A stretch of 64,000 nt of DNA from a virus (Duplodnaviria > Heunggongvirae > Uroviricota > Caudoviricetes), in IMG/VR virus record IMGVR_UViG_3300047552_001889, positions 1 through 64,000 of that record; one strand, written 5' to 3'. The position numbers and the translations under genes were made by a program. This document shows, in pieces, positions 9,238 through 18,981 of this stretch (position 1 is its first letter; every line of letters starts with the position of its first letter). Below the pieces are notes generated by a model, which was not told the DNA's origin, made no database searches, and was given only the letters and a program-made list of their open reading frames with translations.

Positions 9238-10206
9238 ATGGGCTGGATTAGATATAAAAATTACGCAAAAGAAGAAAAAAGTAAGCGTTGGTTAGACTCT
9301 AGGTGGGTTTGGTTTATTGGGGATGGTGAGAAGGATATTTCGTTACATATAGTCTCCAGTCCAAGATTTGCCTGGGAATTTGAGGTTGATGGATGTGAGG
9401 GTGAAGTTAGTTTTAAATTTTGGTTCTTTTTTACATTTTATTTAACATTTAGTGGGGTGTTTCCTGAGTGGGTATATCCTAGAGAATATAACCAATTCTC
9501 AGATAAAGAAGCTTCTCATATAAGAGAAAATAAAGAGAGAGAAAGTTTGGACCAGCAGGGAAAATATATCGGACACAGCCCTCTTTACTATGAGGTAATT
9601 AACAAAAATAAAAAGCTAAAAAGAAGTCAAAGAACAAGGGAAAAGGGTTGGATTAGGACTGCTAATAGAGAGTTTGGAATAAGTTTTCACCACTATATGA
9701 TGTGGTGGAGGTTTTGGACAAACCCAGATGAGTGGTCTAGTGATATTCCTAAGTGGAGACATGGTAGTTTTGACTTTGTTAGGTTATTAAAGGGTAAAGA
9801 TACTGTTGATAGAGAAGAAGTGTTCAATGGGGTTGAAGAAATTGAAATGCCAGAAGGGAAGTATAGATGTAAGATTGATTATACTAAATTCACAAGAAAA
9901 TATAGTAGATGGTGGTCAAACTCATGGCATAGATTCAGTTTTGAATTTGGATATACTGACAATGAAGGTAACTGGGTTAGTACACCAATTCCTCATTGGG
10001 GAAAGGGTGAAAATTCTTGGGATTGCGGAATGGATGGTACATATTCTATGTCTCTTGGTTCTGGAGTTAAAAATTTAGAAGACGCAAAATTGAGAGTTGT
10101 TGAAAACTGCTTGAGAGATAGGAAAAAATATGGAGAAGTAGATTTCTCAAATATAACAGGCATAGAAAATGGCTATGTAAAAGAAAATTTAATTGGAAAA
10201 TTTTAA
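9238..10206 (+). CDS. hypothetical Trp-rich protein
   Basis: 322-aa ORF with no recognisable motif. Confidence 0.3.
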   Translation: MGWIRYKNYAKEEKSKRWLDSRWVWFIGDGEKDISLHIVSSPRFAWEFEVDGCEGEVSFKFWFFFTFYLTFSGVFPEWVYPREYNQFSDKEASHIRENKERESLDQQGKYIGHSPLYYEVINKNKKLKRSQRTREKGWIRTANREFGISFHHYMMWWRFWTNPDEWSSDIPKWRHGSFDFVRLLKGKDTVDREEVFNGVEEIEMPEGKYRCKIDYTKFTRKYSRWWSNSWHRFSFEFGYTDNEGNWVSTPIPHWGKGENSWDCGMDGTYSMSLGSGVKNLEDAKLRVVENCLRDRKKYGEVDFSNITGIENGYVKENLIGKF

Positions 10207-10216
10207 AACATAAATA

Positions 10217-10798
10217 ATGTATCTTTTTTTTGACACAGAGACAAACGGTAAGGCAAAGGATTTTAACGCCCCAGTTCAGGACTTGAATAACTGGCCAAGA
10301 ATCACGCAGCTGGGTTGGCAGCTATATGATGAAAATGAGAATCTACTAAGCGAGGGTTCTTATTTAATCAAGCCTGATGGTTGGGAAATACCTAAGGAGC
10401 AGTTCTTCATTGACAACAATATGTCAACAGAGAGATGTGAGGAATTCGGTATTCCACTTGCAGAGGCTGTAACTAAGTTTATTGAGGACCTGGATAAGGC
10501 TGATTACATGATTGCTCATAATATGCAGTTTGATATTAACGTTCTAGGCGCAGAGCTTATCAGGCTTAATATGGTTCCAAAGAAGCAGACAAAAAAGGTT
10601 TGTACAATGAAGGAGAGTACAAACTTTTGTAAGTTGCCTGGATTCCGTGGAAATTACAAGTGGCCATCGTTGACAGAGCTTCACGTTAAGCTGTTCGGTG
10701 AAGAATTTGAAGGCGCTCACGATGCTCTTGATGATGTTAAGGCGTGTTCTAAGTCATTCTTTGAATTGAAGAAGAGAGGCGAGATTCTTAAGAGCTGA
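10217..10798 (+). CDS. DEDDh 3'-5' exonuclease (DnaQ/RNase T-like)
   Basis: Exo I LFFDTETNG, Exo II IAHNMQFDINVL and Exo III GAHDALDDV are all present. Confidence 0.65.
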   Translation: MYLFFDTETNGKAKDFNAPVQDLNNWPRITQLGWQLYDENENLLSEGSYLIKPDGWEIPKEQFFIDNNMSTERCEEFGIPLAEAVTKFIEDLDKADYMIAHNMQFDINVLGAELIRLNMVPKKQTKKVCTMKESTNFCKLPGFRGNYKWPSLTELHVKLFGEEFEGAHDALDDVKACSKSFFELKKRGEILKS

Positions 10799-10800
10799 TT

Positions 10801-11034
10801 ATGTATAGAGAAGACTACGATGACTACGATGGGGTTGTAACCATTGACGAGTTAAATAAGATGGTTGACCAAGAATATGAAAGCATGTCTGAAACTGAAA
10901 AGCATATCAGATTGGTTCAATGTGACCCGACTTACCTGCAGTATACTCTAAGCCTAGCATCAAACATAATTAAGAGCAATCCTGAAGCTAAGTTTTTAAT
11001 CAATGAATATACCTATAAATTTGAGGTCTTGTAA
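10801..11034 (+). CDS. hypothetical acidic protein
   Basis: ORF with start-ATGA coupling. Confidence 0.3.
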   Translation: MYREDYDDYDGVVTIDELNKMVDQEYESMSETEKHIRLVQCDPTYLQYTLSLASNIIKSNPEAKFLINEYTYKFEVL

Positions 11035-11059
11035 CAAAAAATAATATCGAAACGTATAA
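11030..11059 (+). promoter_or_regulatory. phage promoter motif GTAACA-N18-TATAAA
   Basis: Member of the recurrent GTAACA/xAAACA-N17-TATAA family; the spacer ends in ACG. The downstream gene starts at 11074. Confidence 0.4.
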
Positions 11060-11073
11060 ATAGAAAAACACAT

Positions 11074-11421
11074 ATGCAAGAAGAAAAGGAAAAGATTCAG
11101 TTTGATGAGTTTCTTGAGATTGAGAAGAAACTTGAAATCAAGTACGGAACCATCAAGTTTGTTGAGCGAATCAATAAGAAAATGCTTAAGCTCACAGTTG
11201 ACCTCAATGAGGAGTACTTGAGAACTGTTGTAACAAACATTGGCGCAAAAGTAGACCGTGATGACTACCTTGTTGGATGCCAGTTCCCATTCATTACAAA
11301 CCTGGCTCCAGCTGTTATTTCTGGGTTTGAGTCAACAGCAATGATTATGATTGTTGAAGATGAGAATGGAAAAATTCAATGGCCTACTAGAAATTTCGAA
11401 GACGGCTCTAAGTTATTTTAA
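11074..11421 (+). CDS. hypothetical protein
   Basis: ORF only. Confidence 0.3.
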   Translation: MQEEKEKIQFDEFLEIEKKLEIKYGTIKFVERINKKMLKLTVDLNEEYLRTVVTNIGAKVDRDDYLVGCQFPFITNLAPAVISGFESTAMIMIVEDENGKIQWPTRNFEDGSKLF

Positions 11422-11439
11422 AAAGATTGACCATAAATA

Positions 11440-11472
11440 AAAAAGGAGGCTTAAACAGCCTCCTTTTCTTTT
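11440..11472. terminator. bidirectional rho-independent terminator between convergent genes
   Basis: AAAAAA-GGAGGCT-taaac-AGCCTCC-TTTTCTTTT; overlaps the clpB stop codon. Confidence 0.7.
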
Positions 11473-13673
11473 GTCTCAACATTATTGAATTCCAGTTGCT
11501 CTCCGTTAACTGTAACCTCTATTGTTGAATTATTTACCACCTTTCCAGAAAGTATATCCTTAGAGAGCTTTGTTAATAGCTCATCATGAATCATTCGCTT
11601 GACTGGTCTTGCTCCATATTGAGGCTCATAGCTCATTTCTGTCATCTTGGAGAATGCATCTTCACTAGCTATCAGATTTACTCCGCTTCTTGAGAGTTTC
11701 TTTTGAAGCCCTCTAAATTGAAGCTTGACAATTTCTCGTATGTTATCTCTGTTAAGATAATCAAATACGATTGTCTTGTCGATTCTGTTGATGAATTCTG
11801 GTCTTAGCTTAGCCTTAATTAGTTCGATAGCATACTCTCCAGCTTTCTTCATGATTTCTGCAGGAGTTCCAAATTCATCTGGCTCTCCAGTCTTTTCAAT
11901 ATTCTCAATTCTTTGAATTCCTGAGATTAAGGATTCGGAACCCATGTTAGATGTCATGATGATTATTGTGTTCTTGAAGTCAGCAACTCGCCCCTTATTA
12001 TCAGTTAGCCTACCATCATCAAGAACCTGCAGCAATAAATTTAGAACATCTGGGTGTGCTTTCTCAATCTCATCTAATAGGATTACACTGTATGGCTTTC
12101 TTCTTGCCGCCTCTGTAAGCTGGCCGCCTTCCTCATATCCAACATATCCTGGAGGAGCTCCGACCATTCTTGAAGCAGAGTGCTTCTCTTGGTATTCACT
12201 CATATCAATTCTTGTGACCATTGACTCATCATTAAACAAGTACTCAGCTAAGGCCTTTGCAAGTTCTGTCTTACCGACACCAGTTGTTCCAAGAAACAAG
12301 AATGAACCGATTGGTCTATTTTCACTCCCAAGGCCAGCACGATTGATTCTGATTGCATCTGAAATTACAGTAACTGCTTCAACCTGTCCAATGATTCTAT
12401 TGTGTAGCTCATCCTCAAGCGTTAAAAGTTTATCCATATCGCTTTGGGTCATCTTAGACACTGGAATTCCAGTCATCTTTGCAATAACCTCAGCGATGTC
12501 ATCAGCGTGAACTTCCTCTTGCATCATTCGAGAGTTAGAGGCCTCAAGTTCACGTAGCTTCGCAAAAGCTTCCTCAACTTGTTTTTCTGCTTGTGGTAAT
12601 TCATTGTATTGAATTTCATAGAGCTGCTTAAAGTCTTCATTATCCTTGTCTGCCTTAGAGACAAAATTCTGGAACTTATGTTTTAAGGCTTCAACTCTTT
12701 TTTTTGCCTGACTAGCACCGTCAATGATTGCTTTCTCAGCCTGCCATCTGGCATTTATCTCATCTGCCTCTTTTTTCTTGACCTTGATTTCAGCTTCTAC
12801 CTCTTTGATTTTTACCACATTCTTCTCACGCTTCATGGCTTGCAGCTCAATCTCAAGTTGAATGATTTTTCTATTCATGTCATCAACTTCATCTGGAACA
12901 GAGTTTAATTCCATTCTAAGCTTGGAGCAAGCCTCATCCATAAGGTCAATTGCCTTATCTGGAAGACATCTGTCTGTAATGTATCTGTTGGATAGTTCCG
13001 CAGCAGCAATTAGCGCATCATCCTTAATCGTAACTCTGTGGTGAACTTCAAACTTCTCCTTGATGCCTCTTAGGATGGTAATTGCCTCATCAACTCCAGG
13101 TTCATCAACAAATACTCTTTGGAATCTTCTAACAAGTGCCTTATCACTCTCAAAGTGTTTTTGATACTCGTCAAGAGTTGTAGCTCCAATCGTTCTTAAT
13201 TCACCTCTTGCAAGAGCTGGTTTTAAGATATTAGCAGCATCCATTGCCCCTTGACCACCACCAGCTCCAACCAAGATATGAATCTCATCAATAAATAGGA
13301 CAACCCTCCCAGCTGATGCAATTACTTCTTCCACAACTCCCTTAAGCCTCTCTTCGAACTCACCCTTATATGAAGCGCCAGCAATTAGAGCTGTAAAGTC
13401 AAGTTCATATATTTCGATGTCCTTAAGATTTTCTGGAATATCACCTCTAACTATTCTCTGGGCGATACCCTCAACAATAGCTGTCTTACCAACACCTGGT
13501 TCACCAACGATGATTGGATTATTTTTTGTCCTTCTTGAGATTATTTGAAGAACTCGCCTAATCTCATCCTCACGGCCTATAATTGGGTCGATTCGACCAT
13601 TCTTAGCTTTTGCTGTTAGGTTGACTGCAAATTTATCTAAGTTTCTTATTCCAGGCTCTTGCTGTTCATTCAT
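11451..13673 (-). CDS. clpB: ClpB-like AAA+ chaperone (two AAA domains, coiled-coil M-domain, no N-domain)
   Basis: Two Walker A sites (GEPGVGKTAIVEG and GTTGVGKTELAKALA), sensor/arginine-finger regions, and a ~130-aa coiled-coil between the AAA modules. It begins directly before AAA-1. Confidence 0.8.
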   Translation of the reverse strand: MNEQQEPGIRNLDKFAVNLTAKAKNGRIDPIIGREDEIRRVLQIISRRTKNNPIIVGEPGVGKTAIVEGIAQRIVRGDIPENLKDIEIYELDFTALIAGASYKGEFEERLKGVVEEVIASAGRVVLFIDEIHILVGAGGGQGAMDAANILKPALARGELRTIGATTLDEYQKHFESDKALVRRFQRVFVDEPGVDEAITILRGIKEKFEVHHRVTIKDDALIAAAELSNRYITDRCLPDKAIDLMDEACSKLRMELNSVPDEVDDMNRKIIQLEIELQAMKREKNVVKIKEVEAEIKVKKKEADEINARWQAEKAIIDGASQAKKRVEALKHKFQNFVSKADKDNEDFKQLYEIQYNELPQAEKQVEEAFAKLRELEASNSRMMQEEVHADDIAEVIAKMTGIPVSKMTQSDMDKLLTLEDELHNRIIGQVEAVTVISDAIRINRAGLGSENRPIGSFLFLGTTGVGKTELAKALAEYLFNDESMVTRIDMSEYQEKHSASRMVGAPPGYVGYEEGGQLTEAARRKPYSVILLDEIEKAHPDVLNLLLQVLDDGRLTDNKGRVADFKNTIIIMTSNMGSESLISGIQRIENIEKTGEPDEFGTPAEIMKKAGEYAIELIKAKLRPEFINRIDKTIVFDYLNRDNIREIVKLQFRGLQKKLSRSGVNLIASEDAFSKMTEMSYEPQYGARPVKRMIHDELLTKLSKDILSGKVVNNSTIEVTVNGEQLEFNNVETKEKEAV

Positions 13674-13692
13674 ATTTTTTTGTTTAACGAGT

Positions 13693-13721
13693 ATTATACG
13701 TAAATCAAAATTTTTTGTTTA
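13693..13721 (-). promoter_or_regulatory. phage promoter motif TAAACA-N17-TATAAT upstream of clpB
   Basis: Minus strand reads taaaca-aaaaattttgatttacg-tataat, 20 nt before the clpB ATG. Confidence 0.45.
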
Positions 13722-13773
13722 AATTTTGACTATTTTTTTTTACTTTTACAAATGTAAGAAATTTATTTAAGAT

Positions 13774-14745
13774 ATGCTCAATTTGCCATTTCCAGTTATA
13801 ATGAACCTTAAGAATTGTAAGAACATCCTAATTCTAGGTATGGGTGGAGGCTTCGATGTATTTGCAGGACTCCCAATATATCTAACACTCCAGAAGATGG
13901 GATTGAAGTTGCATCTTGGTAGCTACACACATGTTCAGTGGGATGCTGTAAACAATCACTCAGAGGTTATTCCAATGTCTAGTGGGTGTGTGGGAGTTAC
14001 AGGTAATATTAGACAGGCTTCTGAATTTTTCCCAGAGATGTATCTATCGAGCTACTTCAAGGATGTTAAGGGTTTGGAAGTTCCAGTTTGGACATTTAGA
14101 AGGGACCAAAGTGTGGCGGAGTACACTTCTTCCCTAGACACTCTTGTTAAGCACATAGATATTGATGCCATAATTCTAGTTGATGGTGGTGTTGACTCAA
14201 TAATGGTTGGTGATGAAGAAGGAAGTGGCACAATGATGGAAGATTCATTAAGTCTTGCTGCGGTTAAAAATGTGGATGTGCCAGTTAAGATGCTTGGTTG
14301 TGTTGGATTTGGTACGGAGACTGATGAAAACCTATCACACTATCTGGCTCTTGAAAATATTGCCAAGATAAGTAAGCAAGGCGGGTTTTATGGAACATGT
14401 AGTCTTATTTCTTTTATGGAATGCTTCAAGGAGTATAAGGCGATTTGTGAACACGTTTGGAGTCAACCAAATCATAAGAAAAGTCACATTCAAACAAAGG
14501 TTATACCTTCTGCAGAAGGTGAGTTTGGAGATTATCACATGTTTCCTATGGAGAAGAGAAAGGATGCGTTTATTTCACCTCTTAGCAGTATTTATTGGTT
14601 CTTCAATGCGCAGGCATCAATTTATAATAACATCGTGATTCCTGTCATTGAAGAGAAGGATACGTTTTTTGACGCAGTTCAAGTTGGAGTGCCGATGATT
14701 AAGAATTTTGTAAAGAGACCAAGGAGAGAGATTCCATTAACATAA
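13774..14745 (+). CDS. conserved hypothetical protein with GxGGGxD and VDGGxDS motifs
   Basis: ILILGMGGGFDVFAGLPIY and AIILVDGGVDSIMVGDEEGSGTMMEDSLSL resemble an uncharacterised archaeal/bacterial family (possibly DUF1152-like); function unknown. Confidence 0.4.
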   Translation: MLNLPFPVIMNLKNCKNILILGMGGGFDVFAGLPIYLTLQKMGLKLHLGSYTHVQWDAVNNHSEVIPMSSGCVGVTGNIRQASEFFPEMYLSSYFKDVKGLEVPVWTFRRDQSVAEYTSSLDTLVKHIDIDAIILVDGGVDSIMVGDEEGSGTMMEDSLSLAAVKNVDVPVKMLGCVGFGTETDENLSHYLALENIAKISKQGGFYGTCSLISFMECFKEYKAICEHVWSQPNHKKSHIQTKVIPSAEGEFGDYHMFPMEKRKDAFISPLSSIYWFFNAQASIYNNIVIPVIEEKDTFFDAVQVGVPMIKNFVKRPRREIPLT

Positions 14746-14750
14746 CTAAC

Positions 14751-14933
14751 ATGAAAGTATTGAAAGATATAAAAATTGCCAAAGGAATTGTTATTAAGAA
14801 GGGTGCTGATGTTGAAATGGATGGATTTGGAGACATAATAATAACCAGAGGTAAAGAATTATACATTTGGAATTTGAATACTTATGAAATAATTAATAAG
14901 GTAAGAAAGCAACATAATCTTAAACCTTTATAA
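14751..14933 (+). CDS. small hypothetical protein
   Basis: 60-aa ORF. Confidence 0.25.
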   Translation: MKVLKDIKIAKGIVIKKGADVEMDGFGDIIITRGKELYIWNLNTYEIINKVRKQHNLKPL

Positions 14934-14939
14934 AAAATG

Positions 14940-15146
14940 GACCTGCTTATGGGTTACCAGCGTTCCTAAGCCCAGGGTGCACGAGTGGCGATAAAGAAAC
15001 AAACACAGGAGAATAACATAAGCTGAACTTTGTAAAACCAAAGCACCAGTCTATCAGGTAGAGTAGTGATAGCATCCCTGAGGGACCAAGCTCATAGTGG
15101 ATATAAGGTGGTGACCGCAGGGAAAGACCGCCCCTGAGATGGGTAT
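14940..15146 (+). ncRNA. candidate structured noncoding RNA (GC-rich island, unknown class)
   Basis: A ~200-nt ORF-free stretch of ~48% GC in a ~35% GC genome. It contains several stem-loops (CAGGG-n9-CCCTG, GGTNACC palindromes) and is followed immediately by a consensus promoter. Confidence 0.25.
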
Positions 15147-15148
15147 TT

Positions 15149-15177
15149 GTAACATATTTTCATTTTTTACGTATAAG
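15149..15177 (+). promoter_or_regulatory. phage promoter GTAACA-N17-TATAAG
   Basis: gtaaca-tattttcattttttacg-tataag, 30 nt upstream of the SPFH gene ATG. Confidence 0.55.
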
Positions 15178-15207
15178 AGCTGAATAACTTTAAAAAATCG
15201 TAGAAAA

Positions 15208-16170
15208 ATGGAAATTTCAGCATCAGAAATTGTAGGCATTATTGGTCTGTCTATCTTAGGACTTGTATCACTATTTGCTCTAATCTCATCATTTGTAGTA
15301 ACAACGCAAAAGGAGGTAAAAGTAATCGAAAGGTTTGGTAAATTTGTAGGCATCAGACGCTCAGGACTAAGTTTCAAAGTGCCTTTCATTGACCGAGTGG
15401 CATACACCCAAAGTCTTCGTATTGATGAGTTAAATGTTAATGTGGAAACAATCACACAAGATAAAGTTTCTGTACACATTAAGGTCGCAATTCAATATTA
15501 CGTTAAAGACAATGATGAGTCAATTCAGAATGCTGTATATGAGTTGTCTGATTTTCAGCAACAAATTCAATCATACGTATTTAATGAGGTTCGTGCAGAG
15601 GTTCCAAAGAATAATCTTGACCAGGTGTACGAAAATAAGATGGACATTGAGAATGCTGTTAAGGCACAGTTGTCAGATGCAATTGAAAAATATGGATACG
15701 TAATCCAAAATGCCCTGGTTGTTGACATCGCTCCTGATGGTGGAGTTAAGGATGCAATGAACCGAATTAATGCTGCAGCTAGAGACCGTAAAGCCGCTGA
15801 AGAAGAAGGTGAAGCATTAAAAATTCGTAAAATTAAAGAGGCAGAGGCAGAGGCGGAGTCTAAGAAACTTCAAGGTCAAGGTACGGCTGACCAACGAGAC
15901 GCTATTATTAAAGGTTTTGAAAAATCAATCGAGGCGTTCTCTAAGAACACTGGAATCAAGCAGGAAACTGTTATGCGATTCGTAGAAATTACACAATACT
16001 TTGACACAATGCGTGAAATGGCAAAGGATAACAAGAATGTTATCTTCATGCAACACTCACCAACTGGTGCTGGAATTGTTGACTCTCTTATCTCATCTGA
16101 GGTAGCATCAAAAGTTGTCAACACTCCAGAGAATGACAACAGCAAGAAAGAAACTGAAAACGTTGGTTAA
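15208..16170 (+). CDS. SPFH/band-7 (stomatin/HflK-like) membrane protein
   Basis: N-terminal TM helix followed by KEVKVIERFGKFVGIRRSGLSFKVPFIDRV, the band-7 core, and a charged coiled-coil C-terminus. Confidence 0.75.
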   Translation: MEISASEIVGIIGLSILGLVSLFALISSFVVTTQKEVKVIERFGKFVGIRRSGLSFKVPFIDRVAYTQSLRIDELNVNVETITQDKVSVHIKVAIQYYVKDNDESIQNAVYELSDFQQQIQSYVFNEVRAEVPKNNLDQVYENKMDIENAVKAQLSDAIEKYGYVIQNALVVDIAPDGGVKDAMNRINAAARDRKAAEEEGEALKIRKIKEAEAEAESKKLQGQGTADQRDAIIKGFEKSIEAFSKNTGIKQETVMRFVEITQYFDTMREMAKDNKNVIFMQHSPTGAGIVDSLISSEVASKVVNTPENDNSKKETENVG

Positions 16171-16172
16171 TC

Positions 16173-17162
16173 ATGGAATTTGAAAACTTAGGAGACTGGT
16201 GTAAATGGCTTGAGAAGAATTTCTCACCAGAAGTCATGATTCCAACTCTACCTGTAATCATTCGACTTGACGGAAATAATTTCCACAATTGGACAAAGGG
16301 CTTGCGTAGACCATTTGACAAGAAGCTGACACAGCTTATGGTTGAAACAACAAAGTTCTTGGTTGAGGAAACAAACGCTGTAATCGGGTACACTCAAAGT
16401 GATGAGATTACGCTCATCCTTTACTCTCCAGATAGAAAGAGTGCAATTTACAATGATGGAAAGAAACAAAAAATTCTATCAAAGTTGCCAGCGAAGTGTG
16501 TAAATTTCTTCAATGATAGAAGAAAGGAGCTTCTTCCAAATCACAACAAGAACGCAGTATTTGATGCTAGAATCTATCAGACTCCAACACTTCACGATGC
16601 TGCAATCCAGTTGCTTTGGAGGGAAAATGATGCCACAAAGAATAGTATTTCAATGTTGGCTCAAAGCTTGTTTTCTCACTCAGAGCTTCAAAATTTGAAT
16701 GGAGGCCAAATGCAAGATAAGATGATGCTTGAAAAAGGCATAAACTGGAATGAGCTTGAAACTCAGTACAAGCGTGGAACTTATGTCAAGAGGGTTAGAA
16801 CATCAAGGCCATTCACTGCAGAAGAGCTTGCAAGCTTGCCTCCAAAGCATAATGCTCATAGAAATCCTGACCTGGTTATTGAACGTAACGTAATTCAGGA
16901 AATTGAGCTTCCAATATTCAGTACGATTGAGAATAAGGCTGGTGTCGTTTTCTTTGATGAGGAACCAGTTAAAAGATATGATACTGAAGCTGGCGTAAGA
17001 CCTAGTGAGTCTCAAATTTACGCTGAGATGATTCTTAGGAAATTCATTCAAGAAGCTGGTTTTGTTGATTTCACAAAGGAGTTTGGAATTACAGGTTGGA
17101 AAGAGCTTGACAAGTGGATTAAAACTAATATACACAAAATTAAGGAGCATGAAGAAGTTTAA
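16173..17162 (+). CDS. Thg1-like tRNA(His) guanylyltransferase / 3'-5' tRNA repair polymerase
   Basis: PVIIRLDGNNFHNWTKG..IGYTQSDEITLIL matches the Thg1/TLP catalytic core (RxDGRxFHxFT...SDE). Confidence 0.65.
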   Translation: MEFENLGDWCKWLEKNFSPEVMIPTLPVIIRLDGNNFHNWTKGLRRPFDKKLTQLMVETTKFLVEETNAVIGYTQSDEITLILYSPDRKSAIYNDGKKQKILSKLPAKCVNFFNDRRKELLPNHNKNAVFDARIYQTPTLHDAAIQLLWRENDATKNSISMLAQSLFSHSELQNLNGGQMQDKMMLEKGINWNELETQYKRGTYVKRVRTSRPFTAEELASLPPKHNAHRNPDLVIERNVIQEIELPIFSTIENKAGVVFFDEEPVKRYDTEAGVRPSESQIYAEMILRKFIQEAGFVDFTKEFGITGWKELDKWIKTNIHKIKEHEEV

Positions 17163-17547
17163 TTTTATTTTTATAGCCCTGGCTATTGTTTTTCTCACAT
17201 CGTGTGAGGCATCTGAAATGAGTGATGCAGTTGTTGTAGAGCAAGTCAATAACAATGACATTCCTGATGACTGTGAGGACTGCTACAAGTATGAGGTAAA
17301 GTTGAAAACCTACAAGGGTGAAACTTATTACCTTACAAACTATAAGCACTCAGTGGGTGATACCCTATTCTCAAAGACTGAATTCAGAGACCTAAGAGTT
17401 AAGGCTATTGAGGTAAGAGATAGAAAGATTGACTCTCTAATTCAGGCGAATTCAAAGCTCTCAAAGAAAAACGAGGAGCTAGAGATGTACAATCAGCTTT
17501 TAATCGGTATTGTGAAGAATAACACTACAAAAGTGGAGCAACCATGA
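17149..17547 (+). CDS. putative lipoprotein
   Basis: MKKFNFIFIALAIVFLTSC is a signal peptide with a lipobox. A perfect AAGGAG sits 7 nt upstream, and the ATG at 17149 is chosen over the track start. Confidence 0.5.
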   Translation: MKKFNFIFIALAIVFLTSCEASEMSDAVVVEQVNNNDIPDDCEDCYKYEVKLKTYKGETYYLTNYKHSVGDTLFSKTEFRDLRVKAIEVRDRKIDSLIQANSKLSKKNEELEMYNQLLIGIVKNNTTKVEQP

Positions 17548-18923
17548 AGAAGATATATGTAATTACAGGTGGAACGATGGTTCATGTTTCGCCTCACTTC
17601 TCTCTATGCGCACCAGCCTATGGTAAGGTAGGGGATGAGCTTTCTGAATTATTGTCTGGAGAAATCCTAGATAAGGGTTTGATTGGAAAGTATGAAGTTC
17701 ATGTACTTCCTACAAAGATGGCCGAGGGAATTGCTGACGACTACTCTTGCTATCAGCAATACAAGTCAATCTATTCTCAAGCAGGATTGAAAAACCTTGA
17801 AACGAATGATGACCTATCTAAGTTGGTAGATTTCCTTCTTTCTCTTGAGGATACGAGATGCATCATCATGGCAGCGGCTGTATGTGACTTTGAGCCATCG
17901 TCAATTGCAACAATTGTTGATACTGGATTGGTAGATAACCCAGTGTTCAATTTTGGTAAGGACCAGGCTAGACTTAGTTCTTCTGAGTGCTATGCCCTTG
18001 ACATCAAACCGTCTGATAAGATTGTCTCTAAAATTAGAAAGACAAGAAAGGATGTGTTTCTTGTGTCCTTTAAGACTACATCTGGAGTCGGTAGGGATGA
18101 AACCTACAGACGAGGACTTGAGAGTCTTAAGAAGAATAGTTCAAATCTTGTCTTTGCAAATGACATCAAAGATGGAATCAATATGGTTATTACTCCTGAG
18201 GAATTCCCATATGAAGAAGTTACAAGAAAAGAGGCGTTGTCAACTCTATCGGAGATGATTATGTCAAGACTTGAGCTTACGTTCAATAGAACTGAGCTTA
18301 TTGAAGGTGAGCCTGCAAATCTTAATGAACTTGCTAACGGTGGAAATATTCCAAGCAACTTTGTTGAGGTCATGAAGTATCTTATTGTAAATGAAGCATT
18401 CAAGCCATTCCGAGGAAAAACATCAGGTCACTTTGGGTGCAAAGTTGAAGACATGCCGTTTGAGAGGGTTTCATCAATTAGAAAAGTTAATCACAACAAC
18501 ATCTTTAAAGATGGTGTTGCAAAGATTTACAGAAAAGATGGAATCATCACTGCAGAAGGTGGTAAACCATCAGTTGGAGAACACACTCAGCAAATGATTT
18601 ATGATGAACTAGGAGATAATGCACATTCTATTGTACACTTCCATTGTCCTATAAGAACAGATATTCAATATGTCCCATTCAATATTCGTGAACAGAAGCC
18701 TTTCGAGTGTGGTTCAAACGAGTGTGGAATCAATACAGCAACTGGAATGACCAGTATTGGAATTGACGGAATATATGCAGTTCACCTTGAGAACCATGGT
18801 CCAAACATCGCATTCCACAAGAATGTTGACCCTCAGAAAGTTATTGACTTCATTGAGATGTACTGGGACCTTAGCAAAAAGGAAGGTGGTATTGTAAAGG
18901 AGTTTGAAAATCACATGGTCTGA
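17544..18923 (+). CDS. phosphopantothenate-cysteine ligase (CoaB/DFP C-domain)-like protein with unknown C-terminal domain
   Basis: [24 protein letters not shown] aligns gap-free with CoaB [38 protein letters not shown] matches the AAAVADF/YRP motif, and LVSFKTTSG resembles VGFAAET. Confidence 0.55.
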   Translation: [459 protein letters not shown]

Positions 18924-18950
18924 TTAAAAAAGAAAATATCATATATTTAT

Positions 18951-18981
18951 AAGCGTAGGCAAAAATGTCTACGCTTTTTTT
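18951..18981 (+). terminator. rho-independent terminator
   Basis: AGCGTAG-gcaaaaatgt-CTACGCT followed by TTTTTTT immediately before the next ATG. Confidence 0.6.

Noticed and set aside
11944-12510. 188-aa plus-strand ORF inside clpB, and similar nested or antisense ORFs (12862-13044, 14335-14638, 15434-16469, 18104-18403, 36656-37117, 39756-40653, 42474-43196, 54293-54505 and others)
   Set aside because: They lie entirely within, or antisense to, strongly supported genes. Their composition is low-complexity, typical of AT-rich or GC-skewed antisense frames.
14940-15146. RNase P RNA, hammerhead ribozyme or riboswitch identity for the GC-rich island
   Set aside because: RNase P CR-I/CR-IV consensus blocks are absent. 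The candidate CUGAGAU is not CUGAUGA. No known riboswitch core was recognised. It is kept only as an unclassified candidate.
15054-15479. 141-aa minus-strand ORF
   Set aside because: It is antisense to the SPFH gene start and the consensus promoter, and overlaps the GC-rich noncoding island. It has no supporting signals.
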